From positions 27,725 to 91,724 of the forward strand of contig JAYKHR010000145.1 in assembly GCA_035285125.1 (NCBI GenBank): DNA of 64,000 nucleotides, written 5' to 3'. Below the pieces are notes generated by a model that searched no databases, was not told where the DNA came from, and saw nothing but the letters and a program-made list of their open reading frames with translations. Positions 48,012 to 57,441 of the stretch are shown piece by piece. Numbering within the stretch: position 1 is the first letter of the stretch; each line of letters starts with the position of its first letter. This DNA is from Candidatus Sericytochromatia bacterium. Its GTDB lineage: Bacteria; Cyanobacteriota; Sericytochromatia; S15B-MN24; JAQBPE01. Position numbers and translations under genes: made by a program.

Positions 48012-49031
48012 TCAGGCCGGCGCAGCCGCGCGCGACAGCCGGTCCGACACGGCCGCCCACGCCTCGGTGGCGGGCGGGGCCTCGACGAGGATGTCGGTGA
48101 GGCCCTCGGCGTCCAGCGTGTGAAGCGTCGCATAGAGCCGCTGCGCGTAGCCGGCAGGCTCCGCCGGCATCTCGACCCAGCGCAGGGCGTGGGCCCCTGC
48201 CGGCGCCGGAGAGAGCCCGAGCACGCCCACGCGGGCGCCCGAGGCGGCCACCTCGCGGCCCGCCTCCGCGAGGGCCCGCCCCCCCAAGCCCCACAGGCGC
48301 AGCCGTGCCCGCGGGGCGTAGTGGCGCGCCGCGAGGCCCGGGCTCGGCAGGGCCCCCTCGTGGACGCCCGGCGCGAGCACCTCGACGCGGCCCAGCACGG
48401 CGCGGAGGGCCGCGGCCGAGAGGCCGCCGGGCCGCAAGATGCGCGGACAGGCCCCCGTGAGGTCGAGCACGGTGGACTCGAGCCCGACCTCGGCCGCGCC
48501 GCCATCGAGCAGCAGCACGTCGTGGGGCGCGCCCGACAGGCCAGAAGCCACGTGGTCGGCCTGCGTGGGGGAGAGCCCCATGTAGGGGTTGGCGCTCGGC
48601 GCAGCGACGGGCACGGCCGCAGCTGCCAGCAGCGCCCTCGCCACGGGGTGCGCCGGGACGCGCACACCGACCGCCGGCAGGCCCGCCGAGACGCCGGGGG
48701 GCAGGCCGTCAGCCCGCGGCAGCACGAGCGTGAGCGGCCCGGGCCAGAAGGCCTCGGCCAGCCGCTCGGCCTCCGCCGGCCACGCCGCCACCACGCCGCG
48801 CAGCCCCTCGGGGTCGGCGGCGTGCACGATCAGCGGGTTGGTCGGCGGGCGGCCCTTGGCGGCGTAGATCGCCGCCACGGCCTCGGGGTCGAGGGCGTTG
48901 GCGCCGAGCCCGTACACGGTCTCAGTGGGGAACGCGACAAGCCCCCCTGCCCGCAGGCGCGCGGCGGCCTCGGCGATCGCCGGGTCTGTCGGAGTGGCGG
49001 TCATCACCGCAAGGCGACGAAGGGGGGTCAT
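48012..49031 (-). CDS. sua5: L-threonylcarbamoyladenylate synthase (Sua5/TsaC)
   Basis: VAFPTETVYGLGA, KGRP..NPLIVH, FWPGPLT, AAPSAN, SPG...HYAP and a SUA5 C-terminal domain. Confidence 0.95.
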   Translation of the reverse strand: MTPLRRLAVMTATPTDPAIAEAAARLRAGGLVAFPTETVYGLGANALDPEAVAAIYAAKGRPPTNPLIVHAADPEGLRGVVAAWPAEAERLAEAFWPGPLTLVLPRADGLPPGVSAGLPAVGVRVPAHPVARALLAAAAVPVAAPSANPYMGLSPTQADHVASGLSGAPHDVLLLDGGAAEVGLESTVLDLTGACPRILRPGGLSAAALRAVLGRVEVLAPGVHEGALPSPGLAARHYAPRARLRLWGLGGRALAEAGREVAASGARVGVLGLSPAPAGAHALRWVEMPAEPAGYAQRLYATLHTLDAEGLTDILVEAPPATEAWAAVSDRLSRAAAPA

Positions 49032-49080
49032 GGGCGTCATGCTAGCATGGTCGGGGCCTGGCCCCGCAGGAGGACAAGGC

Positions 49081-49908
49081 GTGCGATACATCCTGGCAGA
49101 CGAGCTCAACTGCTTCCCACCCGAGCCGGTCGAGGCCGAACTCGTGAGGCTCGGCGTGACCTACGTGGCGCTGCTGGAGCGCGTCGCCACCGTGCTAGCC
49201 GCCAAGCCGCTGCTGCTGTTCCGCGAGGTGGCCCGTTGCGTTCCGGCTTACTGGTCGGTGCACGTCAAGGACCACTACCCGACAGAGGTGCAGCAGGCCC
49301 TCATCGAGACCCTTCGCACCCCGACGCCGGAGGCCATCGCCACCTGGGAGCGCCTTGCGCCGTATGCCTTCAAGAAGGCGGCAACGATGGCCACCGAGAC
49401 CCTCGTCTACGACCGCCTGCCCTGGGTGCTGGCCCTGCTGCGCAACTGGCACACGCTGCCCCCCGCCCCGGAAGACAGGCCCACCCCCGCCGCGCGGAAG
49501 CTGCCGGTGCTGGGCGTCGTGCTGGAGGGCCTGCACCTGATGAACAAGGTGCAGCGGCTCGCCGTGGAGGCCGCCCAGAAAGAGGCCCAGAGCAAGGGGG
49601 AGCGGGTGCCCTTCGGGGACATGTGCGTGCGCAAGGGCTTCGTGACGGCCGAGCAGCTGGCGGAGGCCCTGCGCATTCAGGACGAGATCGCGGTGGCCCT
49701 GGACTCACCCAAGCGCCTCGGGCTCTACCTGCTGGAGGTCGGGGTCGTCACGCCGGCTCAGCTGCGCGACGCGCTGGCGGAGCACCGCAACACCGCGATG
49801 CCCCTGGGGCAGGTGCTGGTGGAGCAAGGGGCGCTGGACCCGGAGCTGCTGGAGACCGTGCTGGGGCTCCAGCGCCAGGACCGCATCGCGGGCTGGCAGG
49901 CGAGCTGA
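49081..49908 (+). CDS. Hypothetical protein with three C-terminal MshEN-like repeats
   Basis: AGGAGG RBS; PFGDMCVRKG..TAEQLAEALRIQ, RLGLYLLEVG..TPAQLRDAL, PLGQVLVEQG....LETVLGLQ. Confidence 0.78.
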   Translation: MRYILADELNCFPPEPVEAELVRLGVTYVALLERVATVLAAKPLLLFREVARCVPAYWSVHVKDHYPTEVQQALIETLRTPTPEAIATWERLAPYAFKKAATMATETLVYDRLPWVLALLRNWHTLPPAPEDRPTPAARKLPVLGVVLEGLHLMNKVQRLAVEAAQKEAQSKGERVPFGDMCVRKGFVTAEQLAEALRIQDEIAVALDSPKRLGLYLLEVGVVTPAQLRDALAEHRNTAMPLGQVLVEQGALDPELLETVLGLQRQDRIAGWQAS

Positions 49909-49917
49909 GCCCGTCCG

Positions 49918-50823
49918 CTAGGCGCAGGAGGCGTGGTCGCTGCCCCCGCGCGGCCCTTGCGCGGTGTCGAGGGCCTCGCCGAAGGCGCGGTGCAACCGAG
50001 CCGCGTGGGCCGCAGAGATCGCAGCGTGAGGGTGCCGCGGGTCGAATTCCACCCAGTCGCTGGCCACCACCGGCAACCGGGTCGCCAGGCCGCACAGCAG
50101 CAACTCGGCCTCGTCGGGCGTGAGGCCCCCCGCGCTCGGGGTGCCCGTGGCCGCGAAGTGGGCCTCGTCGAGGCTGTCGAAGTCGAAGCTCAGGTGGACG
50201 GGCAGGCCCGCGAGACGCTCGGCGACTTGCTCGACGACGGCCTGAGGGCCCAGCTCGCGCAGGGTCGGCACGGAGATGCACAGCACCCCGTGACGGGCCA
50301 GCAGCTCCTGCTCGCCGGGGTCGACCTCCCGCGCGGCGATCAGCACGACGTCATCCGGGCGGACGTGGGCCCCGAACAGCCCCGTCAGGCGCTCGTCGCC
50401 GAGCCCGCAGGCCACGGCCAGGGGCATGCCATGGGCGTTGCCCGTGGGCGAGGTGTCCGGCGTGTTGAAGTCGGCGTGGGCATCGATCCAGACCACGCCG
50501 ACCCGCCCGAACCGACGGGTCGTCGCGGAGAGCGAGCCCATCGCCAGCGAGTGGTCTCCCCCGACCAGCTGAGGGTGATGGCCTTCCTGGAAGATGGCGA
50601 GGGCGTGATCGCGGATGGCGAGACACATGGCCCGCACCACGGTCAGGATGGCCCCCTGGTTCCCGGCCTGCGGGAGGATCGAGGGCACGAGCCGTGCCTC
50701 GGCGCCCACCTCGCCAAACCAGGTGGGCGGGAGTTCGACGCCCGGAAATCGCCCCCCTGGGTGCGAGTGCACCACAATGGGGCTTCGTCGGACGGGGCTG
50801 GTGGGTTCAAAGAGCAAGGACAT
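49918..50823 (-). CDS. Arginase family ureohydrolase
   Basis: GGDHS, DAHADFNTP, HGMP, SFDFDSLD, TGTP..GG. Confidence 0.92.
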   Translation of the reverse strand: MSLLFEPTSPVRRSPIVVHSHPGGRFPGVELPPTWFGEVGAEARLVPSILPQAGNQGAILTVVRAMCLAIRDHALAIFQEGHHPQLVGGDHSLAMGSLSATTRRFGRVGVVWIDAHADFNTPDTSPTGNAHGMPLAVACGLGDERLTGLFGAHVRPDDVVLIAAREVDPGEQELLARHGVLCISVPTLRELGPQAVVEQVAERLAGLPVHLSFDFDSLDEAHFAATGTPSAGGLTPDEAELLLCGLATRLPVVASDWVEFDPRHPHAAISAAHAARLHRAFGEALDTAQGPRGGSDHASCA

Positions 50824-50899
50824 GGAAAGAAATGCCTCTCACGCCGTTGTGGGGGGACATACGACAAGTTTACCACCCGGGCGGTGCCCCGGGTGAGGC

Positions 50900-51583
50900 T
50901 CAGCCCACAGAGTGGAGCAGCCCCGTGGCCCGGGCGAGCGACATCGGGTAGCGCTCGCCGTCAGGGTCAGGGCCGTCGGCCCAGTGCACCTCGAGGTGCT
51001 TGAAGGCCGCGTCCTCGGCGGTCATCGAGACCTGGACGACCCGATCCGCCTGATCCCGCACGGTGGTGGAGATGCCCTTCCCCTCGGCCAGCTGGGAGAA
51101 CAGGACGAGGGGCGCCCGGCACACCTTGGCGACAGCGCGCATGTCTGCAAGGATCTCAACGGCGGCGGCGACGCCGGCGACGCCAGCCCTGCCGGGGCGC
51201 AGACTCTGGAGGTCGTTGACGAGCACGAGGCCGGGCTGCCCGTGCTGCTCCACGTAGGTCGCGGCAGACTCGAGCAAGCCGGCACTGGTGGGGTTCGCGG
51301 CATCGAGGACGCACAGCGGCAGGTCCGCCGCGATCCCGACGTCGACGGCCTCACCCTCTGCCGTGAGGTTCTTCGCCAGCCGCGCCAGGACGACCTCCCG
51401 CGGCGTGACGGGCGAGAAGTAGAGCACGTCCTCGCCGAGGTGGGCCGCGAAATGCGCTGCCAGGTTGAGGCTGAGGCAGGTCTTGCCGACGGCGGGGGGG
51501 GCCGCTACCAGGATCAGGCCTGCGGGCAAGGCATCGAAGGCCGGGCCGAGCAGGCGCCGGTGCGGCGTGGTGGAGGGGGTCAT
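50900..51583 (-). CDS. Stand-alone DnaB-like helicase C-terminal (RecA-fold) domain protein, degenerate
   Basis: GLILVAAPPAVGKT, VLYFS, LVNDLQ, LFSQL, QADRV. Confidence 0.72.
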   Translation of the reverse strand: MTPSTTPHRRLLGPAFDALPAGLILVAAPPAVGKTCLSLNLAAHFAAHLGEDVLYFSPVTPREVVLARLAKNLTAEGEAVDVGIAADLPLCVLDAANPTSAGLLESAATYVEQHGQPGLVLVNDLQSLRPGRAGVAGVAAAVEILADMRAVAKVCRAPLVLFSQLAEGKGISTTVRDQADRVVQVSMTAEDAAFKHLEVHWADGPDPDGERYPMSLARATGLLHSVG

Positions 51584-51741
51584 GGGCCGGTTCCTCGTGG
51601 CGCGCGACACGCGGCGCGCTTGGACGTTCCGACCTGATCTTACCAATGAGGCTGGCTGGCGTCCACGCCAGGACTTGTTAGACAGCCCGCCGGCGGTGGA
51701 AAGTCAGAGGCGGACCCCCTCGGCATCTACCCGGGTCGCCC

Positions 51742-52254
51742 GTGGAAGCATTTCGAATCTACCTCTCGTCCATCCCTCGGCTGACGGACCGCATCGTCGA
51801 ACGGCTGGCCGAAACCATGGAAGAGGGCCTCATCGACCCCAACCAGGCTGACGCCCTCCAGCAGGCGCACGCCTTGGCACGCGATGCCGCGCTGGAGCGC
51901 CTTCGGCAGACGCGCAGCGCCTACCACCACGTGTGGCACCCCAGGCTGCACGACACCTGCGCCAGCTGCCAGCAGGCCCTGGTCGGCGCCTACTGGGAGC
52001 TTTGCAACCCGCTCACGGGCGCCCGCGCCATCGTGCCGACCCGGCTGGTGCACGAACTCGTCGCGCACCGGCGCACGGGCTTCGAGCAGGAGGTGGAGAA
52101 CCTGACGGGCACGGGCTCTGCAGCGGGCGTCGTGGAGTGGCCGGTGCAGGCCGTGCTGCGGGTGCTGGAGGGGCTCTCCGTGCCCCCTGCGGCCCTCACG
52201 GAGCTCCGCGCCCACGGCAGCAAGCTGGCCGCCGCCCAGGCGGGGGGTGGCTGA
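51742..52254 (+). CDS. Hypothetical protein
   Basis: GC3-biased ORF coupled to pilT (TGATG); contains CxxC. Confidence 0.6.
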   Translation: MEAFRIYLSSIPRLTDRIVERLAETMEEGLIDPNQADALQQAHALARDAALERLRQTRSAYHHVWHPRLHDTCASCQQALVGAYWELCNPLTGARAIVPTRLVHELVAHRRTGFEQEVENLTGTGSAAGVVEWPVQAVLRVLEGLSVPPAALTELRAHGSKLAAAQAGGG

Positions 52255-53495
52255 TGGCCGACCGCCGCAAGCCTGGCGGGGGCAACCCGCTGCTGCCGAT
52301 CCTGCAAGCCGCTTGTGACGCCCAGGCGACGGACCTGCACCTGCGCGTGATGCAGCCGCCTCGCATCACCCTCGACGGGCGGGTGCAGCCCCTGCCGGGC
52401 TGGGAGCACGACCGGCTGGACCCGGTGGACCTGCCCAAGATGCTGTTCGCGCTGCTCAACGCCGCCCAGCTGGAGCAGTTCAAGCGGGACCGGGAACTTG
52501 ACACGGGCGTCGAGGTGCCCGGCATGGCCCGCTTCCGGCTCAACCTGTTCCTCTCGATGGGGCAGGTGGCGGCCGTGTTGCGCGTCGTCCAGACGACGAT
52601 CCGCTCGCTCGCCTCGCTGGGGCTACCCCCGGTGTTGCAGCGGATCGTGCTCGAGCCCAACGGGCTGATCCTCGTCACGGGCCCCACCGCCTCCGGCAAG
52701 TCGACGACGCTGGCGGCCCTCGTGGACCACCTCAACGCCACCACGGAGGGCCACATCGTCGCGATCGAGGACCCGATCGAGGTGGTGCACCCCCAGAAGC
52801 GCTGCGTGATCAGCCAGCGCGAGGTGGGCAAGGACACCCACGGCTACGCGGCCGCCGTGCGCGCGGCCCTGCGCCAGGCGCCCAACGTGATCCTGATCGG
52901 AGAAATGCGCGATCGGGAGACCATCGAGCTCGCCTTGCGGGCCGCCGAGACCGGCCACCTGGTGATTGGCACGTTGCACACCACGGACGCCGTGCAGACG
53001 CTGCAGCGGGTCATCAACGTGTTCCCGCATCACGAGCGCGAGTCCGTGCTGGTGATGCTCTCCCAGGTGCTGCGCTGCTGCCTCTCCCAGCGGCTGCTGC
53101 GCCGGGTGGACGGCCGCGGGCGGGTGCCCGTCTTCGACCTGTTGGTCCAGACGGGGGCCGTGCAGGACGCCATCCGCAAGGGCGCGCTCGACGAGCTGTA
53201 CACCCTCGTGGACCAGGGCGCCTACGACGGGATGGTCTCCGCCAACCAGTCGCTGCTGGAGCACTTCCACAGCGGGACCCTGGATGCCGCCACGTGCCTC
53301 GCGGCGGCGCCCCAGCGGCAGGCCATGGCGATGGCGCTGCGGGCGGACCTGCGCACGCTGCGCGAGACGGCCGAGGCGCTCGCGAGCCACGGCCGCCCCG
53401 CCCCGGCGCCCAGAGCAGCCGCAGATGCGGCGGCGGCCTCGGGAGATTACATCAAGGTCATCAAGATGCACAAGCCGGGCAACCCGCCCCGCTGA
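52254..53495 (+). CDS. pilT: PilT/PilU family type IV pilus retraction ATPase
   Basis: ATDLHL, RFRLNLF, GPTASGKST, IEDPIE, SQREVG.DT, LIGEMRD, AETGHLV.GTLHT. Confidence 0.92.
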   Translation: MADRRKPGGGNPLLPILQAACDAQATDLHLRVMQPPRITLDGRVQPLPGWEHDRLDPVDLPKMLFALLNAAQLEQFKRDRELDTGVEVPGMARFRLNLFLSMGQVAAVLRVVQTTIRSLASLGLPPVLQRIVLEPNGLILVTGPTASGKSTTLAALVDHLNATTEGHIVAIEDPIEVVHPQKRCVISQREVGKDTHGYAAAVRAALRQAPNVILIGEMRDRETIELALRAAETGHLVIGTLHTTDAVQTLQRVINVFPHHERESVLVMLSQVLRCCLSQRLLRRVDGRGRVPVFDLLVQTGAVQDAIRKGALDELYTLVDQGAYDGMVSANQSLLEHFHSGTLDAATCLAAAPQRQAMAMALRADLRTLRETAEALASHGRPAPAPRAAADAAAASGDYIKVIKMHKPGNPPR

Positions 53496-53524
53496 GGCCC
53501 GCGATCGCCTATACTTGAGGCGCC

Positions 53525-53857
53525 ATGAAAATCCAGCTCGTGACCCAGACCCAAGCCCCTGACGGCACCTTCGATCGCAGGCCGCCCGTGACCGTCGTGG
53601 AGACTCAGGCGTCCCGCCCCGAGGCGGAGGCAGCCCTCGCGGCGCTGGTCGAACAGCTCGGGGCCATCGTGGCCATCCCGCCCGCGGCCCACGAGGCCAA
53701 CTTGCGGTTGCTGCTCGGACGGGACCTGGCCGCCCGCGGGGTCGGCCCTGGCGAGGCCACGGATGGAGACGTGCTTACGCTGACCGTGGTGCGCGCCCGA
53801 GAGGCAGACAGCGCCACGGGCGCGGAGGTCCACACCCTGCGGTACGAGCTGGCCTGA
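53525..53857 (+). CDS. Hypothetical protein
   Basis: TATACT and GAGG upstream of the ATG. Confidence 0.6.
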   Translation: MKIQLVTQTQAPDGTFDRRPPVTVVETQASRPEAEAALAALVEQLGAIVAIPPAAHEANLRLLLGRDLAARGVGPGEATDGDVLTLTVVRAREADSATGAEVHTLRYELA

Positions 53858-53920
53858 GCGACGCCGACGCGAGGCGCCCAGGTCCCTGAGCGGGCAGGGA
53901 ACGCGAGCCCCTTCAACGCA

Positions 53921-53947
53921 GAGACCCGCCCCGGGGGGGCGGGTCTC
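53921..53947. terminator. GC-rich hairpin between convergent genes
   Basis: GAGACCCGCCCC/GGGGCGGGTCTC inverted repeat. Confidence 0.65.
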
Positions 53948-53966
53948 GTCGAACCGGAGGGCAGGT

Positions 53967-54272
53967 TTACTTCTTGCCCTTGGCCTTCGCAGCCTTCGCG
54001 CCGCCGACGGCCTCCTTGAGGCCCTTGCCGGCCGCGAACGCGGGGGCCTTGCGGGCAGCGATCTTTAGCACGCCACCGGTGCGGGGGTTGCGGCCCTCGC
54101 GGGCAGCGCGCTCGCGCACCTGGAAGGTGCCGAAGCCCACCAGCGTCACCTTGTCGCCCTTGGCGAGCGCGCCCGTGATCGCCTCGACCGCGGCGTTGAC
54201 CGTGGACTCGGTGTCCTTCTTCGACAGCTTCGTCTTGGCGGCAACCGCGTTGACCAGTTCTTCCTTATTCAC
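53967..54272 (-). CDS. hup: DNA-binding protein HU
   Basis: MNKEELV...VTLVGFGTFQVRERAAREGRNPRTG; GGAGG RBS. Confidence 0.97.
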   Translation of the reverse strand: MNKEELVNAVAAKTKLSKKDTESTVNAAVEAITGALAKGDKVTLVGFGTFQVRERAAREGRNPRTGGVLKIAARKAPAFAAGKGLKEAVGGAKAAKAKGKK

Positions 54273-54462
54273 CTGCTACCTCCTCGCACCAGGGTGCCTG
54301 GACCGGAAACGGGGCTAACTTAACACCGGTCTGGCACGAAGACAATCCCTTCGCCGTTCGCTGGCCGAAAAAAATCCTTCAAAACCTTTCCACAGCGGCG
54401 TTCTTGCGCCTTTTGGTTTTTTTGCGGGGCGCGAAAGCCTGGCATCCAGTATGATGCAAGCC

Positions 54463-56022
54463 ATGCCCACCGATCCGCCTGACGCGACCGCGCCCCCGGC
54501 GCCCGAGTTTCCCCTCTGGCCGTTCCTGGAGACGCTTTACCACTGGACGGACAGCCAGCCTTGGAGCGCCCAGGAGCGAGCGGTGGCCTGGGAGCGCTTT
54601 GTGCGTGACATCCCCGGCGCGCCGCGCACGGAGCCAGAGCTGTCTGACCCTGACCAGCACGACCGGGTGCTGCGCTTCTGGGCCTGGTTCCACCTGGATC
54701 GGTCCCTAGGGATGGGCCACGGCGAGACGCCGCTCGCAGCCTTCATCGCAGCCTGCAGCAAGGACCTGACGGCAGAGGGCCTGGCCGTCTACGAGGGCCT
54801 GGCCCGGACGCGCTTCGGGGCCTTCAAGGTGCTGCGCCAGTTCCGGCAGACGCTCGCCGAGGACCTCGGGTCGGGGGAACGGCTCCCGCTGAACCCGGGC
54901 CCGCTGACGGACGAGCTGCAGGTGGGGGACCTGGTGGTCGGCCGCCTCTACCCCCACGAGGAGGGCTGGGAGGGCGATCCGGACCTGCACATCGGCCACG
55001 TCTCCGAGCTTGCGGGGGAGCGCCCCAAGCTGACGCCACCCGATACCGAGTCGCGGCTGTTCTCGGCCATGGTGCCCGCGAAGGGCGCCGTCATGGACGT
55101 GCTGGACGCCCTCTTGCTCCAGGTGGACAGCCCCCTGACAGCCGACGACGTCTTCGAGCTGGTGCGTGCCAGCAAGGCCGTCGAGGAGGTGCTCGACGCG
55201 CTCTACGCCTCCCCGGCCTACCGCATCCGCTACCTGCACCTGCGCGACCGGGCCCTGCTCGACGAGCTCATCAAGGAGCTCTGGGACACCTCCGGGCCCC
55301 TGCAAGACGCAGAGCTCGCCGGCGCGGAAGCCACGGCGCTGGCGCGCACGGTGCGCGAGGGGCTGCGGGCGATCGCCGAGGGCAACATGGCGGCGCTGGA
55401 GGCCCTGATCGAGCCGCGCGGCTTCCTCCCCCTCTACCTGGAGCTCTTCGGGCTCGGGGGCCTGCGGCGGCTGACGGACACCGCGAGCGGGCTGCCCGAC
55501 GGGGGGATCCGCACGCGCCACCAGCAGCTGCCCAAGGACGGCGGCATCTTCACGACGCTGACGTGGGGCGAGAAGACCACCAAGCACGCGGTGGGCTTCA
55601 TCGCCCATGCCCAGCCCGATGGGCGCTGGCTGATCGGCGACATCTCGCTGCCCGAGGGCGCCTCGCCCGCCATGAACGTCGCCTTCGACCGGGCCCAGCA
55701 GCTAGGCTGGGCCTCCGCCGAGGCGGCAGACTCGGTGGAGGCGCACCTGCGCCGGGCCATCGACGAGGTGGGCTACTCGGTGCACGACGCCATCGACCTC
55801 ATCCGGATGTGGCGCGACTTCAAGGAAGCCGCCTCGCCCGACCTCACCCAGCCGGCGATCTGGGCAGCCGGCTGCGAGCTGGCCGACACGCGCTTCCGGA
55901 ACGAGGACCTGGACGTGAAGGTCCTCGCCAAGAGCTACCGCGTCATGCCGCGGGCCATCGAGGAGGCCGCGGACCAGATCGAGGCCACCGTGCGCGCCCG
56001 CGACGCGAGCCCCCGAGGCTGA
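54463..56022 (+). CDS. Hypothetical protein
   Basis: Long GC3-biased ORF; TATGAT 7 nt before ATG 54463. Confidence 0.78.
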   Translation: MPTDPPDATAPPAPEFPLWPFLETLYHWTDSQPWSAQERAVAWERFVRDIPGAPRTEPELSDPDQHDRVLRFWAWFHLDRSLGMGHGETPLAAFIAACSKDLTAEGLAVYEGLARTRFGAFKVLRQFRQTLAEDLGSGERLPLNPGPLTDELQVGDLVVGRLYPHEEGWEGDPDLHIGHVSELAGERPKLTPPDTESRLFSAMVPAKGAVMDVLDALLLQVDSPLTADDVFELVRASKAVEEVLDALYASPAYRIRYLHLRDRALLDELIKELWDTSGPLQDAELAGAEATALARTVREGLRAIAEGNMAALEALIEPRGFLPLYLELFGLGGLRRLTDTASGLPDGGIRTRHQQLPKDGGIFTTLTWGEKTTKHAVGFIAHAQPDGRWLIGDISLPEGASPAMNVAFDRAQQLGWASAEAADSVEAHLRRAIDEVGYSVHDAIDLIRMWRDFKEAASPDLTQPAIWAAGCELADTRFRNEDLDVKVLAKSYRVMPRAIEEAADQIEATVRARDASPRG

Positions 56023-56057
56023 GCGCAGGCCCGCCACGGGCAGGCCCCTCCTGACGA

Positions 56058-57389
56058 TCAGGGAGCGTCGGCCACGGCCAGCCGGGCTTCCACCCGGGCC
56101 TTGCGCCACGGGCCCTGGGCCCGATCGGCCACCCGTCCTGCCAGCCGCAGCCCGGTCGCGTCCCACGCGAGCCCCTCAGCATCCGGCACGAACAGCGGGG
56201 GCAGGCGGTCCAGCTTGAACTCCCGGCGGCGGTGCGGCGTGGCGGCAGACGCGACGAACAGGTGCCCCACGTCCACGCCTGCGATCAGGCGCCCCCCCGG
56301 GCTCCAGCCCCAGGCCCCTCGGACGCCCTTCAGCTGCCGGGCCGCAGGGGCCCGGCCGTCCCAGGCCCAGGCCACGTCGACGGCGTCCAGCCCGATCCAG
56401 GCGCCCGGGCCCGGCACCCAGCGCACCGGGGGCGTGTGGGGCCCGAGCGGGCGCCACGCCCGCAGCAGCTGCCGGCCGTCCAGCGTGAGCCATGTCAGGT
56501 GCTGGCGATCGCCAGGCCGGTGGGGCCAGCGATCCGTCCAGCGGACGAGCAGGGTCTGCCCGTCGGGGTCCCACTCGCAGCCGACGGCAGCCGGCAGGAC
56601 GCCAGCCGGAGGGAAGAGGCGACGGGAGCGTCCCCCCTCCTGCACGTACAGCACCTGCGCGTGGGCAGCCCCCGGCTCCCGCCCAGCCCCCCAGACCAGC
56701 CGGCCGTCGTCCCCAGCCGGCGGCAAGGCGACGCTGCGAGGCGGATGAGGCACGGTGACAGGGCTGACGCGGCCCGTGGCCAGCGTCCAGCACTCCAGCA
56801 GCCGCTCGTCGGCCCGGGCCACTGCCGCCAGCGCGTCATCCCGGCTGACGTCCCAACTCCGGCCCAGCAGCCCGCTCCAGCCCGTGCCCACGGGCACGGC
56901 GACAGCCTCGGGCGTCAGGCGGGCCAGGCGGTAGGCCTGCTCCCCGTCCGGGCCCCGCCCGCCGACGGGAGCTGCCCGCCAGCGTGTCTGCACGGCCGCC
57001 ACGTCCTCGAGGTGCCCCGTCGGCGCCGCCACCAGCTCCCCGAGCTGTACCTCTCCGGAGACGAGCGTCAGCACCTCCGGCCGATCCTCCTCCAGTACCC
57101 TTAGGGCCCGGCGCCGCCTGGCCAGCTCGGCGTCGGGCGCCAGGGCCAGCAGCGCCTCGATCAGGGGCAGCTCGCGCGGGAAGCGCCTGTCGCCGGCCTC
57201 GAGCGACGGCAACTGGGCGAGCAACTGGCGCCGCATCACCTCCCGCAGGAGCACGACGCGACGGGCCCGCGCAGCCGCCTCATCGATGCGCCCGGCAGCG
57301 AAAGACTCCGCCTCTGCCAGGACCATGTGGCGGTCGTGGGCCACCGCCGCGGTGAACGCCAGCCCCACGAGCACGAGGCTTCCGAGCAC
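56058..57389 (-). CDS. Hypothetical membrane-anchored protein with possible beta-propeller (WDPDG, WSPGG)
   Basis: N-terminal TM helix; PD40-like motifs. Confidence 0.6.
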   Translation of the reverse strand: MLGSLVLVGLAFTAAVAHDRHMVLAEAESFAAGRIDEAAARARRVVLLREVMRRQLLAQLPSLEAGDRRFPRELPLIEALLALAPDAELARRRRALRVLEEDRPEVLTLVSGEVQLGELVAAPTGHLEDVAAVQTRWRAAPVGGRGPDGEQAYRLARLTPEAVAVPVGTGWSGLLGRSWDVSRDDALAAVARADERLLECWTLATGRVSPVTVPHPPRSVALPPAGDDGRLVWGAGREPGAAHAQVLYVQEGGRSRRLFPPAGVLPAAVGCEWDPDGQTLLVRWTDRWPHRPGDRQHLTWLTLDGRQLLRAWRPLGPHTPPVRWVPGPGAWIGLDAVDVAWAWDGRAPAARQLKGVRGAWGWSPGGRLIAGVDVGHLFVASAATPHRRREFKLDRLPPLFVPDAEGLAWDATGLRLAGRVADRAQGPWRKARVEARLAVADAP

Positions 57390-57441
57390 GGTCCGCCGGA
57401 TGGCGCCGGAGCTCTCCGGCGGGCGGGCCCAGGTCGGGAGC

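Noticed and set aside
50900..51583. Replicative helicase dnaB or prophage marker
   Set aside because: Too short, with degenerate motifs and no phage genes nearby.
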